Shown here: positions 32,018 through 42,801 of the stretch, one piece after another | How the letters are laid out: the number at the start of each line of letters is the position of its first letter | Numbering within the stretch: position 1 is the first letter of the stretch | Assembly: GCA_038845975.1 (NCBI GenBank) | Contig: JAWBQF010000002.1 | Coordinates: forward strand, 93,652-157,651 | Direction: 5' to 3' | Length of the DNA stretch: 64,000 nucleotides | From: Candidatus Methanomethylicia archaeon | Lineage (GTDB): Archaea; Thermoproteota; Methanomethylicia; CALHIW01 | Made by a program: the position numbers and the translations under genes | Notes under the pieces: generated by a model | What the model was told of the DNA's origin: nothing | Seen by the model: the letters and a program-made list of their open reading frames with translations, nothing else | Databases searched by the model: none

Positions 32018-32811
32018 CCACCTTCACCTGTGTAGTTGCCATCTGATCCGAGCCACCAGGTCTGCATGTATTTACTTGAATCAACGGTTATGTATGGATT
32101 ATACTGATCTATATAGTCATTATAGGCTACATTATTATCTTCAGCTATAATACGTACAACATTATTTTTATGAGCATCGTCGTTTGCAATAAAGGTTTTT
32201 ATGAATGCCCATCTAACACTATCCTTTGGGTATGGGTAAACGCCTGTAAGTCTTTTGGCGAGTGTTCTACAATCTATTGATGTAACATTGGTTACTTCGC
32301 TTTTAAATGATAGTATCATGTGGGCTCCGTTTAGAGCCCATTTCCAGTATCCAATAGCTGTATCTCTAAGTATACCGCACTGTACTATGAATGTGAATAT
32401 TGATTTTCCTTGGTATGTTTTGTAGCCGAGATATACCTCGTCAGCCCATGCATTCCCATTAGGAGCAAAACCTATAGATGTCTTTCCCCCTAAGACAGAG
32501 CCTGCATGACCAAGTATTAGTGATGCTTCATAGTAGTCAGCATATAAGTGGTCTAATCCACCCTCATACGTATCTATCCACATGTATGGGTATGGATTAT
32601 ATGTTGAGAAACCCTCACTATAACCACTAGCATACTGCCTAATTATAGATACAAAACCGCTTACATCATAATACCACTGAGTATTATTCTCATAAAGCTC
32701 CCTAGTACAAGCACCCATTACGCCTCTTGCATGAAGTTCCATACAGCAAAGTGATGAAGTAAGGAAAGACAATACAAACAATACAGTAAATAACTTAACC
32801 TGCCTCTTCAT
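32008..32811 (-). CDS. Secreted DUF6345-like protein (caspase/gingipain-like His-Cys pattern)
   Basis: Signal peptide; GGLD..YAD...LILGHAG; FIVQCGIL; W..ALNGAHMILSF. Confidence 0.65.
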   Translation of the reverse strand: MKRQVKLFTVLFVLSFLTSSLCCMELHARGVMGACTRELYENNTQWYYDVSGFVSIIRQYASGYSEGFSTYNPYPYMWIDTYEGGLDHLYADYYEASLILGHAGSVLGGKTSIGFAPNGNAWADEVYLGYKTYQGKSIFTFIVQCGILRDTAIGYWKWALNGAHMILSFKSEVTNVTSIDCRTLAKRLTGVYPYPKDSVRWAFIKTFIANDDAHKNNVVRIIAEDNNVAYNDYIDQYNPYITVDSSKYMQTWWLGSDGNYTGEGGWI

Positions 32812-32928
32812 ACTACTATAAATTATTCCTTACTCGAATTTATATTTTTTGAAAAAAAAAATTCCAATAGGAATCATACATTAATAAGATATATGGGTTG
32901 TTTTAAGATGTTTACGGCTTACTCTTTA

Positions 32929-33624
32929 GATACTGTTACTTTTAGATTTTTGAGGGGCTTTGAGAAGTTATTCTTTGGAGGTGATATTAATAGATAAGCT
33001 TCTCAAAGCCCTAAGAGATAAAGGAGTTTTCAGATAAGGTTTCGCTTAAAAGAAGCTAGGGCATGTATTCCCTACATGGCTTAGCTATAGGGATATTGCT
33101 ACGTCTGTCTGGTTGTTGATGTGGGCCATGTATCAATATGGCGTTGGGTTCAAAAGATTGAAAGCGTAAGAATTGATGTGAATCCAATAGAGGGATGGTA
33201 GCTATTGATGAGACGAAGCTGAGGAGGCTGGGCATCATTTCTACGTATGGGCTGCAATAGACGTTAAGACCAAAGAACTCCTAGCCATAAGGGCTTCATG
33301 GCGGAGAAGCATACTGGATGCGGATCTTTTCCTGAAGCAAGTCCTTAAGGCATTAATAAGCTTCTAATCCTAGTAGGGGCCTTGGTATCAGGCATTGTAT
33401 AACCATGGTCTAAGATGGAGGCATCAATCCTTCGCTAGGAATACTATAGAGTGATGGTTTCGAACACTTAAGGATCGAACAAAGATTCTACACAACTTCA
33501 GACAAGAAACTCATAAAGATCAACCTATTCCTAAACTTCTTCATACTCTGGTATAACTGGATAAGACCTCATCAAACCATAGGAAAACCACCAGCAATAA
33601 CATAAACCTAAAAGTAACAGTATC
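32929..33624 (+). mobile_element. IS6-family element with a pseudogenised transposase
   Basis: Perfect 17-bp TIR gatactgttacttttag / ctaaaagtaacagtatc; perfect 9-bp flanking direct repeat tactcttta; transposase fragments VAIDETKL, YVWAAIDVKTKELLA, GPWY, WFRTLKDRTK and WYNWIRPHQ. Confidence 0.92.
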
Positions 33625-33871
33625 TACTCTTTAAGTTTTTCAATATGCTTTAATTTATGGATTAGGAAGTTGTTAATGAAGGGGTTATTAAGTAAGTTTC
33701 TTTAAGCCTTGAGTTTGCTAATGGTTACAGTATTGAGTTTGAATTTATTATGGTATGATGTTTAACGATAATATTGATGTAATCTTTTATTATTCTAGGT
33801 TTTCCCATTGAATTTTGTAAAGAAATATTTATGATGTTAAGTCATTGATTATGGAGTAGTATTAGTAGTAT

Positions 33872-34657
33872 TTAATGTAGTAGGTCTAGTATATGTTTTA
33901 ATGTTTTTCTAGAATCCTCAATATTATAGTTTTCCGCTGTAATCCATCCTTTAAACTCTCTAAACAAATCCTTTAGTAGGTTTTGCGGAGCTTTACCTGA
34001 GCCCAATGGATTATGTGTGTCTTTAACTCCATCATTATCATGTACATGTAGATGAATTATCTTATCTCTAAGCTTATAAATAATATCTGTAAGAGAGTTT
34101 GAAATTATGGCATGACCAATATCTAAGCATAAACCGACGTTATCTAGGTTTAAACTATTAACTATACGTAATCCATCATCACTATTTCTAAATAGATCAG
34201 TTCTACCTGAACCGTTTTCAACAGCTATGTTTAAGCCATGTTTATAAGCATATCTAGCAATATGATTAAGAGATTTTATAAGAGAATTCCATGCAAGCTC
34301 GGGGTAGAAGTAGGTTAGAGATGTTAAGCTTCCAGAATGCAGAATGTAAACTTCAGGACTTATTCTTAAAGCATTACTAATGGATTTATTTAAATACCTT
34401 ACATAAGTATCCCTCAAGTATGGTTCGGATTCAGCAAGATTAATACTTAAAATTGGTGCATGAATACTAAAGGATATATTAGACTTTGAAGCTATTTCTT
34501 TAAGTTTAGGTATTACATCATCACTGAGCCTATGGAATCCCTCATCAATAATTTCCCAAAACTCAACATCACTATTCTCTTCAATAAAACCGGCAAGATC
34601 AGCATCTCTATGGGTGTATATTGAAAGAGTTGAAATAGCCAGCTTAATATTTAACAT
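33872..34657 (-). CDS. Sugar phosphate isomerase/epimerase (AP_endonuc_2 TIM barrel)
   Basis: SIHAP, LHSG, AVEN, LDIGHA, HLHVHDNDG..DTH..LGSG, TAE. Confidence 0.88.
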   Translation of the reverse strand: MLNIKLAISTLSIYTHRDADLAGFIEENSDVEFWEIIDEGFHRLSDDVIPKLKEIASKSNISFSIHAPILSINLAESEPYLRDTYVRYLNKSISNALRISPEVYILHSGSLTSLTYFYPELAWNSLIKSLNHIARYAYKHGLNIAVENGSGRTDLFRNSDDGLRIVNSLNLDNVGLCLDIGHAIISNSLTDIIYKLRDKIIHLHVHDNDGVKDTHNPLGSGKAPQNLLKDLFREFKGWITAENYNIEDSRKTLKHILDLLH

Positions 34658-34784
34658 AATAATGTTAGAATCAACATATACTTAAGCTTTCCGTAATGGA
34701 AATGAAACATGTAGCTTAGAATAGAATTCAATACTATTAGCTTACATCCTAATGAATAAATATAGTTAGAGTGATTGGAATTGA

Positions 34785-35546
34785 TTAGCTACTAGCTTTT
34801 AGGGATGTTAAGATTTCATTAAATATATTCCTCATCATCACTGCATCGTTTGCTATAGAGATAAATTTGAAACCCATTTCAATATATTTTCTAGCTTGAT
34901 TGAGATTGTAAGCCATAATTCCGGGAGTAGTATCTGTTTTCCTACATGTTTTTATAACTATTGATAGGGCTTCTAGAAATTTAGGATGATTAAACTCTCT
35001 AAAAATGCCTAGTGAAGCTGATAAGTCGTTTGGACCTATAAACACAATATCCACTCCATTAACTGAAGCTATTTCCTCTAGGTTATCTAGAGCTTTTCTA
35101 GTTTCAGCTTGAATAGCTATGATAAGTTCATTTTCAAATGTTTCATAGTATTTTTTAATATCATATGCACCATACATTATACATCTTCTTGGACCTACAC
35201 CTCTTAAACCATGTGGGGGATATTTACAGGCTATAAGAGCGTTTTCAACATCACTTCTACTATTAACCCAAGGTATAACTAAACCGTAAGCACCAATATC
35301 TAGAACCCTCTTAATAACTACTAGATCATTCCATGGAATTCTAACTATAGGAGTAATATTAGTGCCTTTTAGTGGCATCATAAGGATTTCAACAACCCCT
35401 ATATCTAGAGGTCCATGTTCCATATCGAATACAAGCCAGTCAAACGGTAGTGTTGATAGGATATCAGATATTTCAGGATGACCTATCGTCACCCATGTAC
35501 CTAAAGTTACTTTCCCACTTCTAATAGTATTTTTTAATCCATTCAT
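34785..35546 (-). CDS. HpcH/HpaI class II pyruvate aldolase
   Basis: FDWLVFDMEHG, VRIP, LDIGA, YPPHGLRGVG, QAET, FIGPNDLS. Confidence 0.92.
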   Translation of the reverse strand: MNGLKNTIRSGKVTLGTWVTIGHPEISDILSTLPFDWLVFDMEHGPLDIGVVEILMMPLKGTNITPIVRIPWNDLVVIKRVLDIGAYGLVIPWVNSRSDVENALIACKYPPHGLRGVGPRRCIMYGAYDIKKYYETFENELIIAIQAETRKALDNLEEIASVNGVDIVFIGPNDLSASLGIFREFNHPKFLEALSIVIKTCRKTDTTPGIMAYNLNQARKYIEMGFKFISIANDAVMMRNIFNEILTSLKASS

Positions 35547-35554
35547 AAATAAAG

Positions 35555-37405
35555 CTACCTAGAATAACTAGCTTTAATATAGTTATCCAGCTTTAATCTT
35601 TTAAGAGTATCTACTGAGGGTTTTCCATCAATCCATCCTCGAATATTATAGTATTCGTTACGCATCTTAATAAACTGATCTCTATTAACGGTTTCACCTT
35701 TTGAAGCACCATATCTTAAGGGCTCCTTAAACATTCTCTCAGGCAAATTATCATCCTCAGTCTTTAATCCCTCCCTAATATTGTATAGTCTTACTAGATT
35801 GTTTATTCTTTCACCTACTTCAACCATGTAACTAATAGATACATCAATTCCAGTTACTGCTGAGTATAGTTTTGTAAGTTCACTCCAGAGTATAGGTCCG
35901 ATTCCAGGTAGAGCGTGAAACTTACAGAGAATCATGGAGTCTATGACTGCATAGAAATCTTCAAGCTCCTTAACAATCTCTGCTTGACCACTATATGATA
36001 ACCTATCAACCTTAACTTCAGATTTAAATGGATGTTGACCAGTAAGATTTGGTCTATGTGCTATATGTCTAAGATGGCAAGCACCCCTACAAGATATAGC
36101 GTAGGCTAAAGCAACAGCTTTTAATGCTCTAGGATCATATGCTGGAGGCTCAAGACCCTTAACATGTATAGCTTCATAAACAGCATTCTCACCAATAATT
36201 TCAGAAGCTTTCCTAACGCCTTCAGCAAGTATATTTCCAAATCCTTTCCTATATGCAATCATCTCTATTAGTTTAAGCATATCTTCAGGATTACTGTAGG
36301 ATATATTTACTTCAATATCTTTAAGTATTCCTTTCTCTCTAAGATGCATTGTAAATGCTACAATATTACCTGTACTTATCGTATCAAGCCCTAAGGCATC
36401 ACATAAATAGTTTGCTTTAATGATCAATTGGGGGTCTTTAACCCCACATAATGAGCCTAAAGCAAACCATGTTTCATATTCAGGCCCCTCAACATCGAAA
36501 CCATCAATTCTAGAGTGTTTACGACAGGCTATATGACATGCATAACATGTTGAGCTTTTATAGTAATGCTTTAATAAAACATCTGGACCTATATTCTCAA
36601 ACCATTCAATAGCTCCATCAACCCAGTACATTGATGGTAGGGAGCCTGTAGTATTTGTAAGTATGGATATTGCTGGAGTACCATACTTCATCATTCCCTG
36701 ATGGGTCTTCTTAGTCTTCTCAATAATCTCCATTTTAATACTATTTAGAAGCTCAGAGTTAACTTCCTCAAACCTATGGGAGCCCTTAACAACAATAGCT
36801 TTAAGATTTTTAGACCCCATAACAGTACCACAGCCACATCTTCCAAGCTGTCTACCAGCATCATGACTTATACATGAATACTTAACAAGATTCTCACCCG
36901 CAGGACCAATACATAATACTTGCGATCCCTTATGATCAGATTTCAATATATTTTCACATTCAAACGTCGTTTTACCCCATAGATGAGATGCATTCCTAAA
37001 CTCGATGTTATCATCAAAAATATCTAAATAAATAGGATTATTTGATCTTCCAGTAATAACGATAGCATCATAGCCAGCCTTCTTAACCTCAACACCAATA
37101 AAGCCCCCAGCATAAGCTTCACCATAGAAACCTGTAAGAGGAGACTTGAAAATAACTCCAATCCTATTAGCTGCTGGAAAAGCTATACCCTCCATAGGTC
37201 CAGAAACAAATATTAAAGGGTTCTGTGGAGATAAGGCCTCAATACCTGGATCTGTTAAATCCATAAGAAGCTTAATGCCTAAACCCTTACCACCAATAAA
37301 CAGCTTATAAATACTAGATTCAATACTTACCTTCTTAAAAGTCCTATTTGACAAATCAATGTGTAGAATAAATCCAGCATAGCAACCAACCAAGTTAACC
37401 ACCAA
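35555..37405 (-). CDS. aor: Aldehyde:ferredoxin oxidoreductase (tungstopterin)
   Basis: IGGKGLG, KSPLTG, IGPAGE, GRCGCGTVMGSKNLKA, CYACHIAC, GPEYE, GLDTIS, RGACH, EYY..RGW. Confidence 0.93.
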   Translation of the reverse strand: MVVNLVGCYAGFILHIDLSNRTFKKVSIESSIYKLFIGGKGLGIKLLMDLTDPGIEALSPQNPLIFVSGPMEGIAFPAANRIGVIFKSPLTGFYGEAYAGGFIGVEVKKAGYDAIVITGRSNNPIYLDIFDDNIEFRNASHLWGKTTFECENILKSDHKGSQVLCIGPAGENLVKYSCISHDAGRQLGRCGCGTVMGSKNLKAIVVKGSHRFEEVNSELLNSIKMEIIEKTKKTHQGMMKYGTPAISILTNTTGSLPSMYWVDGAIEWFENIGPDVLLKHYYKSSTCYACHIACRKHSRIDGFDVEGPEYETWFALGSLCGVKDPQLIIKANYLCDALGLDTISTGNIVAFTMHLREKGILKDIEVNISYSNPEDMLKLIEMIAYRKGFGNILAEGVRKASEIIGENAVYEAIHVKGLEPPAYDPRALKAVALAYAISCRGACHLRHIAHRPNLTGQHPFKSEVKVDRLSYSGQAEIVKELEDFYAVIDSMILCKFHALPGIGPILWSELTKLYSAVTGIDVSISYMVEVGERINNLVRLYNIREGLKTEDDNLPERMFKEPLRYGASKGETVNRDQFIKMRNEYYNIRGWIDGKPSVDTLKRLKLDNYIKASYSR

Positions 37406-37839
37406 ATAGAATGATAGTAAACCCTAATAAATATTATTACTAAAGATAGGCTTATGTAGTGAATTATCAGCTAAATATTTACGTTGTTATTTCTACCGTA
37501 AAGATTTCATACTTCACTTAACAATCTCTAATTGCTGAATGTTTATTCTGAAAGCATTATGGTTAATTATGTGTATATCTAGTCATATTGGTGTATTGTA
37601 TATATTAGTTGTCTTCTTACTAGTTTAGAGTTCTTAATAAGCCTAATATTGGTTTCTATGAATTCACGTTGGACTTGATTGATTATGATCATTATGCAAA
37701 GGGATTTCATTTATTAAGCTAAGATAGAATAGGAATATTCTAAAATAAACTAAGAAATATATTGTTGAGAACGCTATGAATAATAACGTAAACTAAATAT
37801 TAACGATTAGCCGAATAATTTCATTCTATAGGTAATATA

Positions 37840-38646
37840 CTACCGGCTACTACTATAGTATGCTACTATACTATTAAATATGAAGTATCCATCTCCAAAA
37901 TCTAAATGGTTAGATAGACTTGTCCAGTCTGGTAGCTGCCATTTAAAATAGGCTCTTTCAGGATGGGGCATTAATCCTAGTATATTGCCGTCTGGATTAC
38001 ATATTCCAGCTATATCATGTATTGAACCGTTTGGATTATATGGATACTCGCCCATAGCAGGCTTTCCATTAGGCTTTGAATATCTAAAAACTATCTGTTT
38101 ATTCCTAATAAGCTTCTCTAATCCATCTTCATCTATTAGGAACCTACCTTCACCATGTCCTACAGGTATTCTTAATACTTTCCCATATGGAATTCCACGT
38201 GTTAGTAAGCATTTATTAGCTTCATGTATTACATGTATCCATCTACATTCATATTTTGCAGATATATTTGTAGATAATACTGCTTCAGGCTCACTACTAA
38301 TACCGTTAAAACCTGGAAGCAGCCCAGCTTCAATAAGTACTTGGAATCCATTACATATACCTAAAATCATACCTCCAACACTAAGAAACTCTTTAATATC
38401 ATTTCTCAGATAGGTAATTAGCTTCTTACCCCATACGGCTCCAGCTCTAACATAGTCACCATAAGAGAATCCTCCAGGAATTACTAGTAGGTTATAGTCT
38501 AGTAGATTTCTTAATCTCTTGATAAGGTAATTCATATGTATAACTTCAACAAATACATTTAAGTTCTCAAACGCTATCTTTGTCTCATAATCACAGTTTG
38601 TTCCACCAACCCTTAAGATACATACCTTAACATTCAAACTATCCAC
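37840..38646 (-). CDS. purQ: FGAM synthase glutaminase subunit
   Basis: GTNCD, PGGFSYGD, GICNGFQ, HGEG, MPHPER. Confidence 0.96.
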   Translation of the reverse strand: MDSLNVKVCILRVGGTNCDYETKIAFENLNVFVEVIHMNYLIKRLRNLLDYNLLVIPGGFSYGDYVRAGAVWGKKLITYLRNDIKEFLSVGGMILGICNGFQVLIEAGLLPGFNGISSEPEAVLSTNISAKYECRWIHVIHEANKCLLTRGIPYGKVLRIPVGHGEGRFLIDEDGLEKLIRNKQIVFRYSKPNGKPAMGEYPYNPNGSIHDIAGICNPDGNILGLMPHPERAYFKWQLPDWTSLSNHLDFGDGYFIFNSIVAYYSSSR

Positions 38647-41000
38647 CTAAAACCGGATTTCCAGGCTTCTCTAAGATTCTTAATACATTCATCAACTATT
38701 ACACCCCCATTAATTCCATGAATTACAATTTTATCCCCAGTAATTCTACCAATTAATGCATATGGAAGATCAGCAATAAGCTTCTCGAAATCCTCAAGAA
38801 ATCTACTTGGAACCTCAACTATAAATCTAGTATTAGATTCTGAAAACAGAATAAAGTCGTTTCTAGATGTTTTAAAGCTTCTAGGAACTCTATCTAAATA
38901 TACTTCTACACCATAACTACTTGATAAACACATTTCTGCAAGAGCTACTCCTAATCCACCATCAGATACATCATGACAAGCCTTAATAAAACCCATATCT
39001 ATAGCTCTCGTAACAGCTTCAATAATCCTATTAGCATTACTTGAAACTTTAGGTACTAATCCTCCTTTAACACCTATAAGTCTATGATATTCAGATCCTC
39101 CAAGCTCATATTTTGTTAATCCTAAAACGTAAACTAGATCTCCGGATTCCTTAAAATCAATAGATACGGCTTTCCTAATATCAGGTATGATACCGATAGC
39201 TGTTATGAGGAGAGTTGGCTTTATTGATCCTAAAGGAGACTCATTATATAGGCTGTCCTTACCTGAAATAAATGGAGTATTGTAAAGCTTCGCAGTATCA
39301 TAACATGCCTTAACAGCCTGAAGAAGAGCTCCCATACGATCAGGCTTTTCAGGATTACCCCATGTAAAATTATCAAGTAAAGCAATTCTACGACCGCCAA
39401 CAGCAACATTATTCCTAATAGCTTCATCAATACTTGAAGCAGCCATCCAATATGGATCAAAACCATAACTAGGCTTTAAACCAACAGAAACCACAATACC
39501 CCTCCAGGAGTTAGGTAGAGGTTTAAGAATTACAGCATCATTAGGACCGTTGTAAACACCATGTAACGGTTTAAGAGACGTAATTCCTTTAACTTCATGA
39601 TCGTAAACCCTAATAATGGACTCTCTACTAGCAATATTTGGTGAAGATAAAAGCTTCAATATTATCTCCCCGTAGCTTTTAGGTTCCTCATAAATAGGAT
39701 CATTAACCTCTACTGGAACATATGAGGCATACCTAATAGTTTTAGGTGGATTAAATAGGAAGCTAAGATCTAAACATCCAACCATATATCCTCTATAATA
39801 TATCTTGAGACTACAAGTATCAGTAAATACACCTATCTGAACTGCTTCAACCTCCTCCTCCATGAAAATCTCTAGAATACGCTCTACATTCCTTCTAGGA
39901 GCTGCTATTAACATACGCTCCTGGGATTCAGATAGAAATATCTCCCATGGACTCATATCTAAATCCTTTAATGGAACCTTATCAAGTTCAACAATAGCTC
40001 CACAACTACTCCTATATGCTGTTTCACCTATAGCTGAGGATAAGCCTCCACCACCTAGATCAGTAATTCCTGAAGCCAACTTCTCATCTCTAATCCTCAA
40101 TATAGCTCTACGTAGCTTCTCCTCCTCGATAGGATTAGGTATTTGAACAGCTGATCTTAATTCCTCTCCTGAGTTACTGGTTAGCTCAAGTGAAGCAAAG
40201 GTAACACCATGAATTCCATCACGTCCAGTTCTACCTCCAGCTAGTATTATAGTATCTCCAGACTTCACATTCCTAACATACTTATCAATAGGTAGTAAAC
40301 CTATACTACCACAATATACAGCAATATTTCCTATATAGCCCTCATCGAAATATATTGCTCCACATACAGTTGGAACACCCATATTATTACCGTAATATGC
40401 AATACCTGCTACAACACCTTTAAGAAGATAGCGTGGATGATTAATACCTTTAGGTAGACTATTATAATCTATATTTAGAGGACCGAAACATAGAACATCT
40501 ATGTTTGCTATTGGATCAGCCCATACCCCTAAAATATCTCTTAAAACACCGCCAATACCTGTAGCTGCACCACCAAATGGCTCAATAGCTGATGGATGAT
40601 TATGAGTTTCAACCTTTACAGCAACTGCATAGCCATCCTCAAACTCTATTATTCCAGCATTATCCTCAAAAACTGAAATACACCAGTTAGGCTTAATCTC
40701 CTCTGTAGCTTTAACAATGTATGTTTTGAAAATGTTTTCAATAACACCATTAGGAGATATTATAACACCCTTAAACGTCTTATGATAGCAGTGTTCAGAC
40801 CATGTTTGAGCTATGGTTTGAAGTTCAAGGTCTGTTGGGTTTCTACCAATATTTAGAAAGTATTTTCTAATAGCTTTCATCTCATCTAGACTTAATGCAA
40901 GTCTAAGATCAGTATTTATCCTAATAAGCTCATCATCACCAGCATTTAAAACATTAACCTCATATAGATTGAATGGTAGATTAATCCTCATGTAAAGCAT
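38634..41000 (-). CDS. purL: FGAM synthase subunit PurL
   Basis: QTWSEHCYHK, KVETHNHPSA, DLGGGG, SESQER, GKDSLYN, HDVSDGG; start probably ATG 41000. Confidence 0.95.
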   Translation of the reverse strand: MLYMRINLPFNLYEVNVLNAGDDELIRINTDLRLALSLDEMKAIRKYFLNIGRNPTDLELQTIAQTWSEHCYHKTFKGVIISPNGVIENIFKTYIVKATEEIKPNWCISVFEDNAGIIEFEDGYAVAVKVETHNHPSAIEPFGGAATGIGGVLRDILGVWADPIANIDVLCFGPLNIDYNSLPKGINHPRYLLKGVVAGIAYYGNNMGVPTVCGAIYFDEGYIGNIAVYCGSIGLLPIDKYVRNVKSGDTIILAGGRTGRDGIHGVTFASLELTSNSGEELRSAVQIPNPIEEEKLRRAILRIRDEKLASGITDLGGGGLSSAIGETAYRSSCGAIVELDKVPLKDLDMSPWEIFLSESQERMLIAAPRRNVERILEIFMEEEVEAVQIGVFTDTCSLKIYYRGYMVGCLDLSFLFNPPKTIRYASYVPVEVNDPIYEEPKSYGEIILKLLSSPNIASRESIIRVYDHEVKGITSLKPLHGVYNGPNDAVILKPLPNSWRGIVVSVGLKPSYGFDPYWMAASSIDEAIRNNVAVGGRRIALLDNFTWGNPEKPDRMGALLQAVKACYDTAKLYNTPFISGKDSLYNESPLGSIKPTLLITAIGIIPDIRKAVSIDFKESGDLVYVLGLTKYELGGSEYHRLIGVKGGLVPKVSSNANRIIEAVTRAIDMGFIKACHDVSDGGLGVALAEMCLSSSYGVEVYLDRVPRSFKTSRNDFILFSESNTRFIVEVPSRFLEDFEKLIADLPYALIGRITGDKIVIHGINGGVIVDECIKNLREAWKSGFRWIV

Positions 41001-41247
41001 AGGGAAACACTTCAACCCTATAAATATCCTTTACAGGATTAGCTAGTAGTCTTCTACATACTTCATCAGATATCCTTTTAGCCTCATCAAGTGAGGTAGT
41101 ATCTAAAACTAGTTCATAGACTTTACAGATCCTAGCATCAATGATTTTATAGCCTAGATCGTTAAGAGTATGCTTTACAGTTTCACCTTCAGGATCGAGA
41201 AATCCAGGTTTAAGCTTAACCTCAACTCTAACCTTAAACACCGCCAT
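40981..41247 (-). CDS. purS: FGAM synthase subunit PurS
   Basis: KPGFLDPEG...LLANPV; likely start is ATG 41247 (MAVFKVRV). Confidence 0.92.
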   Translation of the reverse strand: MAVFKVRVEVKLKPGFLDPEGETVKHTLNDLGYKIIDARICKVYELVLDTTSLDEAKRISDEVCRRLLANPVKDIYRVEVFPYALHED

Positions 41248-42382
41248 ACCTAAACCTACCATATCTACTATGAATTGTAACCATATTACTTCCTCTAGCT
41301 TTTTCACATTTACCAATAACTTGAGCTTCCAATCCAAATCCTTCACATATATCTATAATGTTATCAGTAGCCTCAGCTGAACATACAACTTCAAAACCTA
41401 TACCCATATTGAAGTCTCTATACATATAGTACCAGTCCTCACGGGATTCACGTTGAATTACATGGAATATGGGATCTGGATCTGGAAGATTATTCTTAAC
41501 ATAGTGTATATTGAAGCCTACATTTAAGCACTTTGTTAAGCCACCACCAGTATTATGGATTAAAGCCTTAACATTAGCTTCCTCCTTTTCAAGTATTTTA
41601 AGAATTATTGGTGTATATATTCTTGAGGGGGATAATATTGCTTCACCAATAGTCATTCCAACTTCATCAAGATATTCATCAATCCTATATCTACCATAAT
41701 ACCCTATACCCCTACCGATTTCAGGATACTTTACCAAATAATCGTTTTTAAGTAGTGAATGTCTAGCAAGAGTAACTCCATTACACATTATACCGCTATT
41801 CTCCATGGATTCATACTTTATCCTACCACCACTTCTAAGACCTATAATAACATCACCATCCATTATATTCTCACAAGTTACAACTCTTTCAAGCTTAACA
41901 ATTCCCAGTATAGTGGCTGAAAGATCAAGAGTTCTAACTTGATCAGGTAGATCAGCTGTTTCACCACCAGCTAGAACTATATTAACATTTAAATCTTTAA
42001 GAGTATTTAAAACCTCAATAAATCCATTCCTAATAGCTTCAAGTAGTTTCTCTCTTGGAACTATGCTTTTATTTAGAGATACATAGTCAACTAAACATAT
42101 AGGAATAGCACCTACACATACAATATCATCAATATTCATTGCAACAGCATCATAAGCTAGGCTTTTAAACCATTTCATATCTCCGGTTTCCCTCCAATAT
42201 ATGTAGCTAACAATAGGTTTACTACCTACACCATCGACATGCATTACAAATCCATAACTGGAATCTAGAGGATTCCTAATAATAGGCGTAAAGCTGAATC
42301 TATATAGATTCTCAATAATGGATTTAAACACATTTACTCCGCTCTTATTAGCATCAACGCCGAACATAGCATACTTAGACAT
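41234..42382 (-). CDS. purM: AIR synthetase
   Basis: DGVGSK, AMNIDD, GGETA, HNTGGG, FNMGIG. Confidence 0.93.
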   Translation of the reverse strand: MSKYAMFGVDANKSGVNVFKSIIENLYRFSFTPIIRNPLDSSYGFVMHVDGVGSKPIVSYIYWRETGDMKWFKSLAYDAVAMNIDDIVCVGAIPICLVDYVSLNKSIVPREKLLEAIRNGFIEVLNTLKDLNVNIVLAGGETADLPDQVRTLDLSATILGIVKLERVVTCENIMDGDVIIGLRSGGRIKYESMENSGIMCNGVTLARHSLLKNDYLVKYPEIGRGIGYYGRYRIDEYLDEVGMTIGEAILSPSRIYTPIILKILEKEEANVKALIHNTGGGLTKCLNVGFNIHYVKNNLPDPDPIFHVIQRESREDWYYMYRDFNMGIGFEVVCSAEATDNIIDICEGFGLEAQVIGKCEKARGSNMVTIHSRYGRFRYGGV

Positions 42383-42797
42383 TTCTCTGAATCCTCCTTC
42401 TTAACTCAGAGTCTTCAAGAGCTAGAATCCTAATAGCTAGTAGAGCTGCATTAACTCCATTATCGATTCCAACAGCTGCAACAGGAATACCTTGAGGCAT
42501 TTGAACAATCGATAGTAAAGCATCAAGTCCTCCAAGAGCTTTAGATACTGGAACACCAATAACAGGCTTTACAGTTCTTGAAGCTATAAATCCCGGTAAA
42601 TGAGCTGAAAGACCGGCTATAGCTATAAACACTTTAGCGTCTACACTTTTAACATATTCCTCAAGCTCTTTAGGATTTCTATGAGCTGATAAAACCTTAA
42701 CCTCAAAGGTAACTCCGTACTCTGATAAAATCTTAGCAGCTTCATCAGCTATACTTCTATCATTTTCACTACCGATTAAAATAGCTACGTTAGGCAT
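42375..42797 (-). CDS. purE: AIR carboxylase / N5-CAIR mutase
   Basis: [30 protein letters not shown]. Confidence 0.95.
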   Translation of the reverse strand: MPNVAILIGSENDRSIADEAAKILSEYGVTFEVKVLSAHRNPKELEEYVKSVDAKVFIAIAGLSAHLPGFIASRTVKPVIGVPVSKALGGLDALLSIVQMPQGIPVAAVGIDNGVNAALLAIRILALEDSELRRRIQRNV

Positions 42798-42801
42798 AAA
42801 C

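Noticed and set aside
33023-33043. Apparent family-C TIR (ggagttttcagataag) inside the IS6 copy
   Set aside because: Explained as transposase N-terminal coding sequence (KGVFR); no partner TIR.
33056-33238. 60-aa ORF
   Set aside because: Antisense of the IS6 transposase pseudogene.
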